From the NCBI GenBank assembly GCA_965198005.1, contig CBDAOI010000004.1:1696001-1760000 (forward strand): 64,000 nucleotides of DNA. The letters are read 5' to 3'. The notes under the pieces are model-generated. The model saw only the letters and a program-made list of their open reading frames with translations. It did not search any database and was not told the DNA's origin. The position numbers and the translations under genes were made by a program. The stretch comes from Spirochaetia bacterium (lineage in GTDB: Bacteria > Spirochaetota > Spirochaetia > SZUA-6 > Bin103). Positions 40,846-51,417 of the stretch are shown piece by piece. The stretch's first letter is position 1; each line of letters starts with the position of its first letter.

Positions 40846-42599
40846 CTACATCCGCTCCAGGGGGTCGATCCCGATCAGCCTGAGGCAGTTGGCCAGCACC
40901 TGACGGGTGGCGGCCGCCAGCAGCAGGCGCGCCTCACGCAGCGGCGGCGGCGCTTGCAGGATCGGGCACGCGTGGTAGAAGGTCGAGAACTGGCGGGCCA
41001 CTGCGAAGGTGTAGCCGGCGATGACGTGCGGACTGCGCACCCGCAGGGCGCGCGTTACCTGCTCCGGGAGCGTCTCAAGCAGCTTGACCAACTCCAGCTC
41101 CTCGACCATCTCCAGCGCCGCGAACGCGGTGTCGGCCGCAGCCGGAAGGGCGCCGCCGTACTTGCGCAGGATCGAGCAGATGCGTGCGTGGCTGTACAGC
41201 AGGTAGGGACCGCTCTCGCCCTCGAACGACATCGCGCTGGCCCAGTCGAACACCACCTGCTTGTCGTTGGCCACGCGCAGGAAGGAGTACTTCAGCGCGC
41301 TGTATGCCACCGTCGCCGCCACCACCGGGTCGGCAGGGTGGCCGCGGGCGGCCAGCTCGGCCGCGGCCTTGCGCTTGGCCTCGGCCGTGAACTCCTCGAG
41401 CAGCACGACGTTGCCCTGGCGGGTGGACATCGACTCCTTGCCCAGGATCACGTAGCTGTAGTGGACGGCGGCCGGGGCGGGCAGGGAGAGCGCCGCCTCG
41501 GACCCCAGCAGGGAGAGCGCCGCTGGAGCTGGCGGTGGTACAGCTTCTGATCCTCGCCCAGCACCACCAGGTTGAGATCGGCGGCCGCGGCCACCTTGTC
41601 CAGGGTGTAGGCGATATCGCGCAGCACGTAGAGCGAGGTCTTGTTGCCGCGGGTGATCACCAGCACCGGGTTGCGTGACGGGAGGTCGAACCCGTCCAGG
41701 TCGAGTACCAGGCGGCCGTGCTCATCCTCGAACAGCTTGCCGGTGGCGCGCAGCCGCTCCACGATCTCGAGGTAGCGGGCGGGCGTGAGGTAGTCCGATT
41801 CGTAATCGAAGCGGTCGTAGTGCACGCCGGCGTCGGCGAAAATCTGTTCCATGCCGCGCACCGAGATCTCCACCACGCGCCGAAACGCGGCGCGCGTGGA
41901 TTGATCGCCGCTCTCCAGGCGCTCGAGCAGCTTGTCCACCTGGTCGGTCAACTCCGGTTCCCGCTCGAGCCGGCGGTTCATTCCCACGTAGATTTCCAGC
42001 AGCTCGGCAAACGTGGGGGTGGCATCCCCCACGCCCAGGGTGAGCAGCGCGATCTGGCGGCCGACGTCGTTGACGAAGAAGCGGACCTGCAGGCCGTAGC
42101 CCTCGAATCGGAGCAGCCGTACCAGGGTGTCGCCGATCCAGGCGTTGCGCGCGCGCCCCAGGTGGGGGGAGGCGTTGGGATTGATGCTGGTGTGCTCCAC
42201 CAGCGCCTGTTGGCCCAGCCCCGACCCGGTGGCGCCGTAGCGCTCGCCCTGCTCCAGCACGGTGCTGATGACCCGCGCCGCGAGGTCGCCCTTGCGCAGG
42301 TGGAAGTTGAGGTAGGGGCCGCGGGTTTCCACCCGGGCGATGCCGAGCGCCGCCAGATCGGTTTGCTGAAGCAGATGCAGAAGTTGAGCCGCCAGCGCCA
42401 CCGGCTTCTGGGCGACCTGTTGCGCGAGGCGGAAGCACGGCACCGCGTAGTCGCCGAGCGCCGGGTCGGGCGGCGTGGTGAGCGGGATCTCCAGGGCGGC
42501 GCCGGCGGCTGGATCGGGGCTGGTCGTACCCGGCTGCGCGTTGGCGGCGGCTACCTGGTGCACCGCCGCGCGGACGATGCGCGTGATCGCGGCGGTCAC
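40846..42599 (-). CDS. argS: Arginine--tRNA ligase with an apparent 1-nt frameshift near 41524 (start uncertain)
   Basis: GDYAVPCF, GPYLNF, SINPNASPHLGRARN, MSTRQG, FEGESGPYLLYSHARICSI. Confidence 0.88.
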
Positions 42600-42769
42600 G
42601 TGACCCGAAGAAGCTGCCCCGGTGGCCGCGCGTCGCTGTTCAAGGTCTTCCGTCTTACCGGGTGACCGTGCCGGCTGATCCACAGTGGCGCGACCTTACC
42701 CAATTCCCCGCCGTATCACAACGGCGCGCCGGCGCTGGACCCATCGCCGGATGCGGCTTGCCCTCCTTG

Positions 42770-42997
42770 GACTTGAAGCTGAAGGCGCCGGACGATCTCG
42801 AAACCGCACTCGAACAGGAGCGCTTTCAGCACCTGCCGATCACGGTCCGCCACGCGCTGGCGGTGGCCGAGTTGCCGGCGATCCATGGTGACCCCTTCGA
42901 CCGCATCCGGATCGCGCAAGCTCGTCCGGAGGGTCTGACCATCGTCACCCGCGACGCCACGATCCCCCGCTACAACGTGCCATGCCTGCGCGGGTGA
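42770..42997 (+). pseudogene. VapC/PIN toxin C-terminal fragment
   Basis: LPAIHGDPFDRIRIAQA...IVTRD. Confidence 0.75.
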
Positions 42998-43039
42998 ACG
43001 CCTGCATGGAATCTCGGGCGTTCGAATATGGTACTGGCG

Positions 43040-43368
43040 CCTCGGCGCGGTGGCTGGCCGACAGGGCCGCCGGCGGCGGCCTTGAGCCGACGCTGGAGAG
43101 AGTTCCCTTCGACCGCCTCGACCCCGGCTTGGCCTACGTGGAGACCGGCGGCCGCAGGGCCGCGGGCGTACCCCTGTTCGACGGCGGCCTGACCGGGCCG
43201 GAGGGTGTCTCAGGCCCGTTGGGTGCCCTGGGCTCCGGCTCGGTCATCGGCGTAACCGAGCTGGGTGCCGGGCCGACGCCCCGCTTCCTCGATGCGCGCC
43301 GCGCGCGCCAACACGACGCCATCGTCGTGGTGACACCCACCGGGCCGGGCGTCGCCTTGATGAACGCC
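43040..43368 (+). pseudogene. Internal fragment of an unidentified (possibly PA-domain peptidase-like) gene
   Basis: GVPLFDGGLTGPEGVSGPLG segment with host-like codon bias, ending at the dppC junction. Confidence 0.3.
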
Positions 43369-43370
43369 GG

Positions 43371-43937
43371 CACGTGGCGCATGAGGGTTCTCCACCTGGT
43401 GCTGCCGATCGCCTCTGCCGCCTGAAAATAGATGTTCTCCTTTACCCCGATCACCGCACCGCGGACCACTCTCGAGGCGCCAATGCCGCCCGTTACCCCC
43501 AGCACCACGATGATCTGCGGCAGCACGCCCCGCCCCACCAGCGACATTATCGTGAGCAACAGCAGCAGCCCCGGGAACGCCATCCAGGCGTCGACGAATC
43601 TCTGCACCGCCAGGTCCAGTTTGCCGCCGAAGAACCCCGAGATGCCGCCGATCAGCACCGCCACCACGACGTTGACCGTGGTCGCCGCCAGGCCGACGGT
43701 CAGCGAAATCCGGGCCCCGAAGACCAGGCGGCTCAGCAGGTCGCGCCCCAACTGGTCGGTCCCCAGCAGGTACCGGGCCGAGGGGGCCTGCATCCGGTCC
43801 ACGATGTTCACTTCATCATGCGGGAACGGCGCCAGCACGTCGGCAAGGATCGCCACCAGGATCAGCAGCAGGATGATAACCCCGGCGATGATGCTCAGTG
43901 GCTTCTCCTTGACCAGTCTGACAAAGAAATCATTCAT
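43371..43937 (-). pseudogene. DppC permease, 3'-truncated; near-identical to 34797-35360
   Basis: Same sequence apart from a 3-nt indel (GVLPQ vs GVPQ) and few substitutions. Confidence 0.85.
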
Positions 43938-44889
43938 AGCGCACTCTGGGGTCGAGGACCGCGTAGACCAGGTCGATGAGCAGATTGATCCCTACCACCC
44001 CAGTGGCGAAAAACAGGTTGATGCCGGAGACCATCGGGTAGTCTCTGTCATTGAGGGCAGTCAGCAAGAGGCGCCCGAGCCCCGGCAGGTTGAAGATGTT
44101 CTCCATGATCACCGAGCCCCCCACCAGAATCGGCAACTGCAGGCCGATCAGGGACACCACCGGGATGAGGGCATTCTTGACCGCGTGTCGGATTACCACG
44201 GCCCGCTCCCGCAAGCCCTTCGCCCAGGCCGTCCTGATAAAATCCTGCCGCAGCACCTCCAGCATCATGGTGCGCGTCATCCGCATCGTGGCGGCAGCCG
44301 CGGCGGTGCCCAGAATCAGGCTGGGAATGATGAACACCGCCAGATTCCCTAGCGGGTTTTCGGTGAAGGAAACCAGTTCCAGCGGCGGCGCCCAGCCCCA
44401 CCAGATAGCCGGGTAGATCATCACCATGATACCCAGCCAGAAGTTGGGCGTGGCCAGGCCGATGATGGCGACCGAGCGCCCCAGGAAGTCGGCGGCGGTA
44501 TCCTGGCGAATCGCCGAGTAGATGCCCACCGGCAGCGCGATCACCAGCCCGATGATGATTGCCAGCAACCCGAGTTCAACGGTGACCGGCAGTCTCTCCA
44601 TTACCCTCTCCGTCACCGCCCCGCGACCCATCAGTGATTCACCAAGGCTGCCGTGCAGGAAAATATCGCCGATCCAGCGTCCATACTGCACCCAGACCGG
44701 CACGTCCAATCCCAGCCGACGCTCGAGATCCGCACGGTCAATACCCCCCGTTACCAGCCACTCACTGCGCGCCTCCAGTGCGTCTATGACATCGCCGGGG
44801 ATGAAACGGACCGAGAGAAAGACCAGGATGCTCAATATGAAAAGTGTCGGGAGGATCAGCAGTAGCCGCCTCGTGATATAGGCTTTCAC
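43930..44889 (-). CDS. ABC permease, DppB type
   Basis: KAYITRRLL, QDFIRTAWAKGL, LDPRVRYE. Confidence 0.9.
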   Translation of the reverse strand: MKAYITRRLLLILPTLFILSILVFLSVRFIPGDVIDALEARSEWLVTGGIDRADLERRLGLDVPVWVQYGRWIGDIFLHGSLGESLMGRGAVTERVMERLPVTVELGLLAIIIGLVIALPVGIYSAIRQDTAADFLGRSVAIIGLATPNFWLGIMVMIYPAIWWGWAPPLELVSFTENPLGNLAVFIIPSLILGTAAAAATMRMTRTMMLEVLRQDFIRTAWAKGLRERAVVIRHAVKNALIPVVSLIGLQLPILVGGSVIMENIFNLPGLGRLLLTALNDRDYPMVSGINLFFATGVVGINLLIDLVYAVLDPRVRYE

Positions 44890-44996
44890 GTGCACACCCT
44901 ATTCAATGAGCGAGGGGCTGGGAGACGGCGCTCGGAAACCGCGTCCGAGCGCGCCTCCAGCCCCCATTCACGTAGGTCAGTAGGGGAGGGCTCCCT

Positions 44997-46799
44997 CTAG
45001 TGACCCATTGCTTCCTTCAGCGCGCTATCAATCCAGAGGCGCGTGAAAACAGTCGCGGCTTTATGGCTTCCTACAAGGCCCTCCCCGTTATAACCTATGA
45101 GCCACGGCTGGGCAACATTGAACAACGGGGGGATAACAGCCCATATCTGCCAGAACCGAGCCAGCGCATACTGATCCAACTCTCCAGCTATCCTGTTCCG
45201 CTCATCGAGGGTGGCAGCGGCCAACACGGCGTCATGAAGGGCATCATATGCCGGATCGTCGACATTGGAGGTGTTGTAATTTGCCGTCGACTTGAAGCGA
45301 CCAGAAATATCCGGCACGTTCCAGTCTACAGCCATTTCCGAGTTGATCATTTCGAAATCTCTTCCCGATCTCTTGGCGATCCAGTTAGACCGTTCTTCTA
45401 CGGTAATCTCTACGTCGATGCCGACCTTGCCCCAGTATGAAGCGGCCAACTGCATGTAGTTCAAATCTCTATCCGGGAGTTGCGACATCTCGGCCTTGAA
45501 TCTGATGCCGTCCGCCCCGCGCGGATACCCGGCCTCATCAAGCAACGTTTCGGCACCGTCCGGGTCATACTTAAAGCCATTCTTGACCTCATCGGGCCAC
45601 TCTTCGAATGGGGTGGCAATCGCCGTTAAGAATCGGTTTGCCGCTCCCTGGGGTGTCGTAACCCCCAAGCCCCGGTAGAGAGCGTTGTTTGCTTCATCAA
45701 GGTTTATGGCCATCTGCATTGCCTTGCGCACTCTGACGTCGGAAAAATGGGGCAATTGAACGTTCAGACCAACAGCACTGTCCGACCGAGCGTAATACGG
45801 ATATAGCACGAGTTCGGGGTTAGTCCGCTCGAGGTTGCCTATCTGGTCGAGACTTCTGATAGGAGAGTTGCCGATCCTTCCTACGTAATCAACCTGACCT
45901 GTGCGCAGCGCCGCCAGTCTTGTTGCCGCTTCGGGCATAACCAGGGCCCTTAACCGGTCAATATAGGGCAAGCGGTTCTCCGGGTATTTTTCGTCGGTGC
46001 GCCAGTAATCAGGATTCTTGTCCCAGGTGATAGAGGTGCCCTCGGTCCAGTCAGTCAGCATCATGGGTCCGGTGCCGACCAGGTTCCTCCAATCATGAGC
46101 GTCCCCATATTCTTTGATCACCTCGGGAGGGTATGTCCAGTAGGCGTGCCCGTCGAGGATAGGTAGCAGCGCACCGAGGTTTGGCTCCTTCAGCTTAAAG
46201 ACAACCGTCCAATTGTCGGTGGCCGTTATCGATTCCAATTGCACACCCCTCCATTGGATCGCATTGACGCTCGGTTCGGTGAAACCGCTGCCCGTACCGG
46301 TAAAACGGTGGTAATTGTATACGATGTCGTCGGCAGTCAGCTCGCGGCCGTTCATCGGCGGCTTATCATGCCAGTGAACGCCCTGGCGGACCTTGATGAC
46401 ATACGTCAGTGGGTCGGGCTGCGACCAGCTCTCGGCCAGCGCCCCTATCGTGTGATTTGGAGGGATGTGATTCAGGAAGTCCCACTCATCCCGGGGCGTT
46501 GCCCAATCCCCCCAGGCCAGCTTCTCCAAAACGGGGGCAACGACCTCAAGCGCACCGTGATCGCTAAGCACGGCGTCAGGACTCGCAGGGTCGTCCAGGA
46601 GGGTGTAGGTTATTGTCCCGCCGTACTGGGGTGCCACCACCATCTTGCCGGTGGAGGGGTCCAGCACCATTTCCTTGTCCATCGCCGCGGCCGGCTCCTC
46701 TTCCTCCGCAGCGCCGGCCCAGAGGCCGGTTGCGGTCAGCACGACCCCAAACAGCACCGCGAGGCACGTCTTGGTCGTCTTGGTCAATCCGCTACTCAT
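44997..46799 (-). CDS. ABC solute-binding protein, family 5 (SBP3)
   Basis: LWAGAAEEEE leader, LAESWSQPD, VGTGP, FSDVRVRKAMQMAI. Confidence 0.9.
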   Translation of the reverse strand: MSSGLTKTTKTCLAVLFGVVLTATGLWAGAAEEEEPAAAMDKEMVLDPSTGKMVVAPQYGGTITYTLLDDPASPDAVLSDHGALEVVAPVLEKLAWGDWATPRDEWDFLNHIPPNHTIGALAESWSQPDPLTYVIKVRQGVHWHDKPPMNGRELTADDIVYNYHRFTGTGSGFTEPSVNAIQWRGVQLESITATDNWTVVFKLKEPNLGALLPILDGHAYWTYPPEVIKEYGDAHDWRNLVGTGPMMLTDWTEGTSITWDKNPDYWRTDEKYPENRLPYIDRLRALVMPEAATRLAALRTGQVDYVGRIGNSPIRSLDQIGNLERTNPELVLYPYYARSDSAVGLNVQLPHFSDVRVRKAMQMAINLDEANNALYRGLGVTTPQGAANRFLTAIATPFEEWPDEVKNGFKYDPDGAETLLDEAGYPRGADGIRFKAEMSQLPDRDLNYMQLAASYWGKVGIDVEITVEERSNWIAKRSGRDFEMINSEMAVDWNVPDISGRFKSTANYNTSNVDDPAYDALHDAVLAAATLDERNRIAGELDQYALARFWQIWAVIPPLFNVAQPWLIGYNGEGLVGSHKAATVFTRLWIDSALKEAMGH

Positions 46800-47221
46800 A
46801 GTGTAGATCTCCTGTTGTTTGGGAGTACTCGGGTCACTGCCGGTCCTTCGCCTACTCCCGAGGTACGGCCTGCAGTGCAGGCGACCCGAAAGCGAAGGGC
46901 GGCAGGCGGGAGCGCCCGGTCGGCGGGGGCCGCTCGGGCTTGATCCGCTCTATCCGTATACGGTCAGGATCTGCATCCGGGTGCGGGCTCCTCCTGGTAC
47001 GACTGCGAACGCCGCCCGTCCGGAGTGACACCAAGGGTCGTGTGACCCCAGGGAATGGGAGGCGGTGAGCAGGGAGTGTGCTGGGCCGGCAACGCCGGCG
47101 CTGGGCGTGTTTGGGAACGAGCTGCCCCCGGGTGGGGTTCGGTAGGTCGCGATCGTGGGCGAAGGAGAGGGCGCGCCGCCCCTGCGGTCAGCGGTTCTCG
47201 GCTATCTGAACAACTGGGGGG

Positions 47222-47443
47222 GGGGGACTCCTCACCATTAAGCAAGCCCGCCGCGAGCTGATTTTCAGCAATTCTCGGCGAGCGGCTGTCAGGGGAACAG
47301 AGTGTCATAAGCGTTGACGTGTTATAAGTCACTCAAGCCCTCCGCAGGTGAGGCACAGCTATACCCAGATGTAGTCGCGATTGACTGCATCCACCCTATC
47401 ATAACCTCCACTCCCGTGAACGTCAACCACGAATCGGCCCAGC
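47222..47443. repeat. About 225-bp non-coding repeat, copy 2
   Basis: Matches 22127-22358. Confidence 0.9.
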
Positions 47444-47607
47444 CGGCCCAACTGCTTGAAGCGGGGATGCAGGGGGTCGGGGAGATCGCGTACGGAGATG
47501 GTTGCCATCAAAGCGATACTAACATACATTAATAGATGTGAAGGATATATTAAGCATACTTTTTCGCGGCCGCGTAGTGTGAAGGCTACGGCTTCGGGAG
47601 CAGGTTC

Positions 47608-49008
47608 ATGAAGCAGGGTGAGGTTCAACAGATGTTGACTGCCACCAACCGGTGGTGGCGCAATCCGCGTGATTGGCCGCGGGACGACCCCGATCTACGG
47701 GAGGCCGATGGCGCGCCGTTCCGCTACGCGGCTGGTGTACTCGACGACTTGGCCCCGGGCGGCCTGTACGTGCTGCGCGGCCCGCGGCGCGTCGGCAAGT
47801 CGGTAGAGATCAAACGCACCATCGAGGTGCTGATTGCCTCCGGGATCGCGCCCCGCGGCATCGTGCACGCCGCGGTCGACGGCTGGCGTGCAGCAGATCT
47901 GGGGCGGCTGGTGAGCGCCGCGGGGCTGCTGATGCCGCGCGCCGGCCGGCGGTGCTGGTTCATCGACGAGATCACCGGGATTACCGACGGCTGGCCCGAA
48001 CAGATCAAGTGGCTGCGCGACAACGATGCCCAGTTCCGCAACGATACGGTCGTGCTCACGGGCTCATCGGCAAGCAACCTCACGGCATCGGTCAAGGCGC
48101 TTGCCGGCAGACGCGGAACGGCCGGCGATCCCGACCGCGTGTTGCTGCCGATGGGATTCCGGACCTTCATGCGGCTGGTCGCGGACGAGCCGGTCGACAC
48201 CGACATCGGTCCGCTGCGCGTGGCCGACCTGACCCCACGCCTGCTGGCGGATGCGGCGCACGCCCTGGCGCCCTGGCTGCACGCGCTCGTCGATGCGTGG
48301 GAGGGGTACCTCCTGGCCGGCGGCTTCCCGGCAGCGGTGGCAAGCTACATCGACGCGCGGGAGGTTGCCCCGCCGTTGGTCCGCGGGCTGGTCGACGTGG
48401 TTCACGGCGACGCTTTCCGGCGTGCCGACTGGTCGCGGGCACAGACCACCGCATTCATGCACCGGATTGCGCAGGGCTTGTGCGCGCCGGTCAACATCTC
48501 CGCGGTGGCCGACGACATCGGGGTCTCGTCGTCCAGCGTCCGGCGGCGGCTCGACGAGCTGCGGGAGGCGTTCGTGGTGTGGCCGTGCTACCGGGAGGAT
48601 GCACTACGACCGAAGCTGAGCGCGCAGGCGAAGGTTTACTTTACCGATCCGGTCTACGCACGACTCGAGGTCGACGTGACCCCCGACGCAAGCGTCCTGT
48701 CCGAGCAGCAACTTGGGATGGCGCTCTGGCGCAGTTTTGACCGCGATCGAACGGGCAGCTACCTGGGCTTCGACCGCGTTCTGTACCATCGAACCCGGAC
48801 CCGTAGGGAGATCGATTTCGTCGGTCCCGAGTTCGGCGGCTGGGCCATCGAGTCGAAGTACGTCGACGGCCGTTGGCGGCGGGACGCGCAGACGCTGCGG
48901 GCATCCGGATGGCACGGCATTGTGGCCACGCGCTCCGAGTTGAACCTCGACAATTCCGAGGTGGCAGCCATCCCGGTGGCGCTGCTGGCTTGGCTGCTCG
49001 ATAGTTGA
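47608..49008 (+). CDS. AAA_14-type ATPase with DUF4143-like C-terminus
   Basis: NRWW, GPRRVGKS, FIDEI, TGSS, GGFP, KVYFTDP, EIDF, IESKY. Confidence 0.85.
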   Translation: MKQGEVQQMLTATNRWWRNPRDWPRDDPDLREADGAPFRYAAGVLDDLAPGGLYVLRGPRRVGKSVEIKRTIEVLIASGIAPRGIVHAAVDGWRAADLGRLVSAAGLLMPRAGRRCWFIDEITGITDGWPEQIKWLRDNDAQFRNDTVVLTGSSASNLTASVKALAGRRGTAGDPDRVLLPMGFRTFMRLVADEPVDTDIGPLRVADLTPRLLADAAHALAPWLHALVDAWEGYLLAGGFPAAVASYIDAREVAPPLVRGLVDVVHGDAFRRADWSRAQTTAFMHRIAQGLCAPVNISAVADDIGVSSSSVRRRLDELREAFVVWPCYREDALRPKLSAQAKVYFTDPVYARLEVDVTPDASVLSEQQLGMALWRSFDRDRTGSYLGFDRVLYHRTRTRREIDFVGPEFGGWAIESKYVDGRWRRDAQTLRASGWHGIVATRSELNLDNSEVAAIPVALLAWLLDS

Positions 49009-49032
49009 GGGGGGGGATCCGCAGCGAAAGCT

Positions 49033-49755
49033 TCACTCATAGCGTACCCTGGGGTCCAAGATGCCATAGACCAGGTCGATCAACAGATTGATCACCACCA
49101 CACTACGGCCCGCTCCTTCAGACCCTTCGCCCAGGCCGTCCTGATTAAGTCCTGCCGGAGCACTTCCAGCATCATGGTGCGGGTCATGCGCATGGTGGCG
49201 GCCGCCGCGGCCGTTCCCAGAATCAGGCTGGGAACGATGAACACCGCCAGATTCCCCAGCGGGTCTTTGATGAAAGGAACCAATTCCAGCGGCGGCGCCC
49301 AGCCAGAAGTTCGGCGTGGCCAGGCCGACGATGGCGACCGAGCGTCCCAGGAAGTCGGCGGCGGTATCCTGGCGAATCGCCGAGTAGATGCCCACCGGCA
49401 GCGCGATCACCAGCCCGATGATGATTGCCAGCAACCCGAGTTCAACGGTGACCGGCAGTCTCTCCATTACCCTCTCCTTCACCGCCCCGCGGCCCAACAG
49501 TGATTCGCCAAGGCTGCCGTGCAGGAAAATATCGCCGATCCAGCGTCCATACTGCACCCAGACCGGCACGTCCAATCCCAGTCGGCGCTCCAGAGCTGCA
49601 CGGTCGATTCCCCCCGTTACCAGCCACTCCATCCGCCCCTCCAGTGCGTCTATGACATCGCCGGGGATGAAGCGGACCGAAAGAAAGACCAGGATGCTCA
49701 AGATGAACAGCGTGGGCAGGATCAGCAATAGCCGCCGGATGACATAGGCCTTCAC
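49033..49755 (-). pseudogene. DppB permease with two internal deletions; close paralogue of 43930-44889
   Basis: TPNFW joined to the APPLEL region; ERAVV joined to VVINLLIDL. Confidence 0.85.
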
Positions 49756-49839
49756 GGCAACACCTTATTCGACGAGTGAGTCCGCACCGTCACCCCGTGA
49801 TTTGCAGGACCATGAAAAGCAATGCCCAGGCATCGTCCG

Positions 49840-50272
49840 CTTGGAGGTGTTGTAATTCGCTGTCGACTTGAAGCGACCGGTCATGTCCTGCGCGCGCCAG
49901 TTTACCGCCATTTCCGAGTTCATCATTTCGAAATCTCTTCCCGATCTCTTGGCGATCCAGTTAGACCGTTCTTTTACGGTAATCTCTACGTCGATGCCGA
50001 CCTTGCCCCAGTATGAAGCGACCAACTGCATGTAGTTGAAATCTCTATCCGGGAGTTGCGACATCTCGGCCTTGAATCTGGTACCGTCCGCCCCGCGCGG
50101 ATACCCGGCCTCATCAAGCAACGCCTCCGCACCGTCCGGGTCATACATGAAGCCATTCTTGACCTCTTCGGGCCACTGTTCGAATGGTGTGGCAATCGCC
50201 GATATGAATCGGTTTGCCGCTCCCTGGGGTGTCGTATCCCCCATGCCCCGGTAGAGAGCGTTGTTCGCTTCG
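49840..50272 (-). pseudogene. SBP internal fragment closely matching SBP3 (about 45265-45695)
   Basis: EANNALYRG...RFKSTANYNTS shared. Confidence 0.85.
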
Positions 50273-50799
50273 TTTCCCATGAATGTCAAACCAAAAATGG
50301 CCCGGATGTGGCCCGGATGGCGTGACGTACTTGAGGCCATAGTTAGAGCCTGGTTTCCGGCGCCATGAGCAGAGCTGATTGCCGGCTACTAGAGGCAAGC
50401 GCCCGCTTCGGCGAGTTCGGCGATTTGGCGCAGCCCGTTATCCACGGGACGCGTCGAATATCGCGCTGACGTCGGCCGCGAACCCCTCCAGCAGGACTGA
50501 GCTGGCGCGTGTGCCGCGAGCGAACCGTTCCGCGGTGCGCCGATGGTCACCGGCGGCGCGATATGGCGACGGCCTCGGCACTCACAGGCGTCACCATCCT
50601 TGACTGGCGCAGCGGCGTCAAGCCCGGAGTCTCCGCGCTGGCGTCCCCGAGGGCGACAGAAGCGGGCATTATCGGTCGCTGGTATCGCCCCCGCGTGTCC
50701 CGTACGAGCAACCGCGTGGGTACATTCCGCCGGGACCACCCTGCATCACGGCCCCTTGGCCGGGCGGTGTAGGGTAGCGAGGAGGAGGCAGCAAAATGC

Positions 50800-50934
50800 A
50801 GTGTTGGTTTCTTCATCGGAGTGCTTCAGTCCAATTCGTTGCCTCCTTGCACCGCTCCGACTGCTTCCGGCTGGAGCGACAGTTGCCGGGCGGGATTCGC
50901 ACCCGCTGGGATACAGCGCCTTTCCACGGCGCCC
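50800..50934 (-). mobile_element. Group II intron 5' (domain I) fragment
   Basis: Minus strand gggcgccgtggaaaggcgc...agcgggtgcgaatcccgcccggcaactgtcgctccagccgg resembles group II intron 5' ends. Confidence 0.55.
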
Positions 50935-51033
50935 GTCAAGTTCCGGTTACGGCCGATCTGGACCAGTGGTTGGCAGAGCATGGAATCACGACCAGAAGGC
51001 CGGCGGCTGGTGCTCCCCCACCACCCGAATTCA

Positions 51034-51417
51034 TCAGGGAACGGATGTTGGGGGAATAGGCTGCGGCGGGCTGAAAGCGCTCCTGAGCTGCCACGCGATT
51101 TCCATCATACGGGCTTTACGGTATTGGACACCTGATTCAACATGCACGTTTTGGCAGATGTCGGCGTGGAAGCGGTTTACGAGAGTGCCCGAGTCGTAAA
51201 CACAGAACAGTCGTTTTCCGCCTTCCAGCAATCCCCGGACGTCCATGGTGCAGGTTGCGATGAACTGCAAGTAGCCTTTGTATCTTTCGTCGGTACGTTT
51301 GCTTGACATCAAAGGGTCGGGCCCCATCAGGAGCACACGATCAACGGAGAAAGAGTGCTCTGGCTTCGGGGTCGGGGCGATTGTAATCGCAGGATTCGCA
51401 GTATGTCGTCCGGCCAA
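51034..51417 (-). CDS. Hypothetical protein, probably N-terminally damaged
   Basis: Lower-GC ORF overlapping the upstream gene; FSVDR...YDS...HADI. Confidence 0.4.
   Translation of the reverse strand: MAGRHTANPAITIAPTPKPEHSFSVDRVLLMGPDPLMSSKRTDERYKGYLQFIATCTMDVRGLLEGGKRLFCVYDSGTLVNRFHADICQNVHVESGVQYRKARMMEIAWQLRSAFSPPQPIPPTSVP

Noticed and set aside
50885-50910. tRNA T-arm-like sequence gcgggtgcgaatcccgc
   Set aside because: No cloverleaf around it; context fits a group II intron 5' region.
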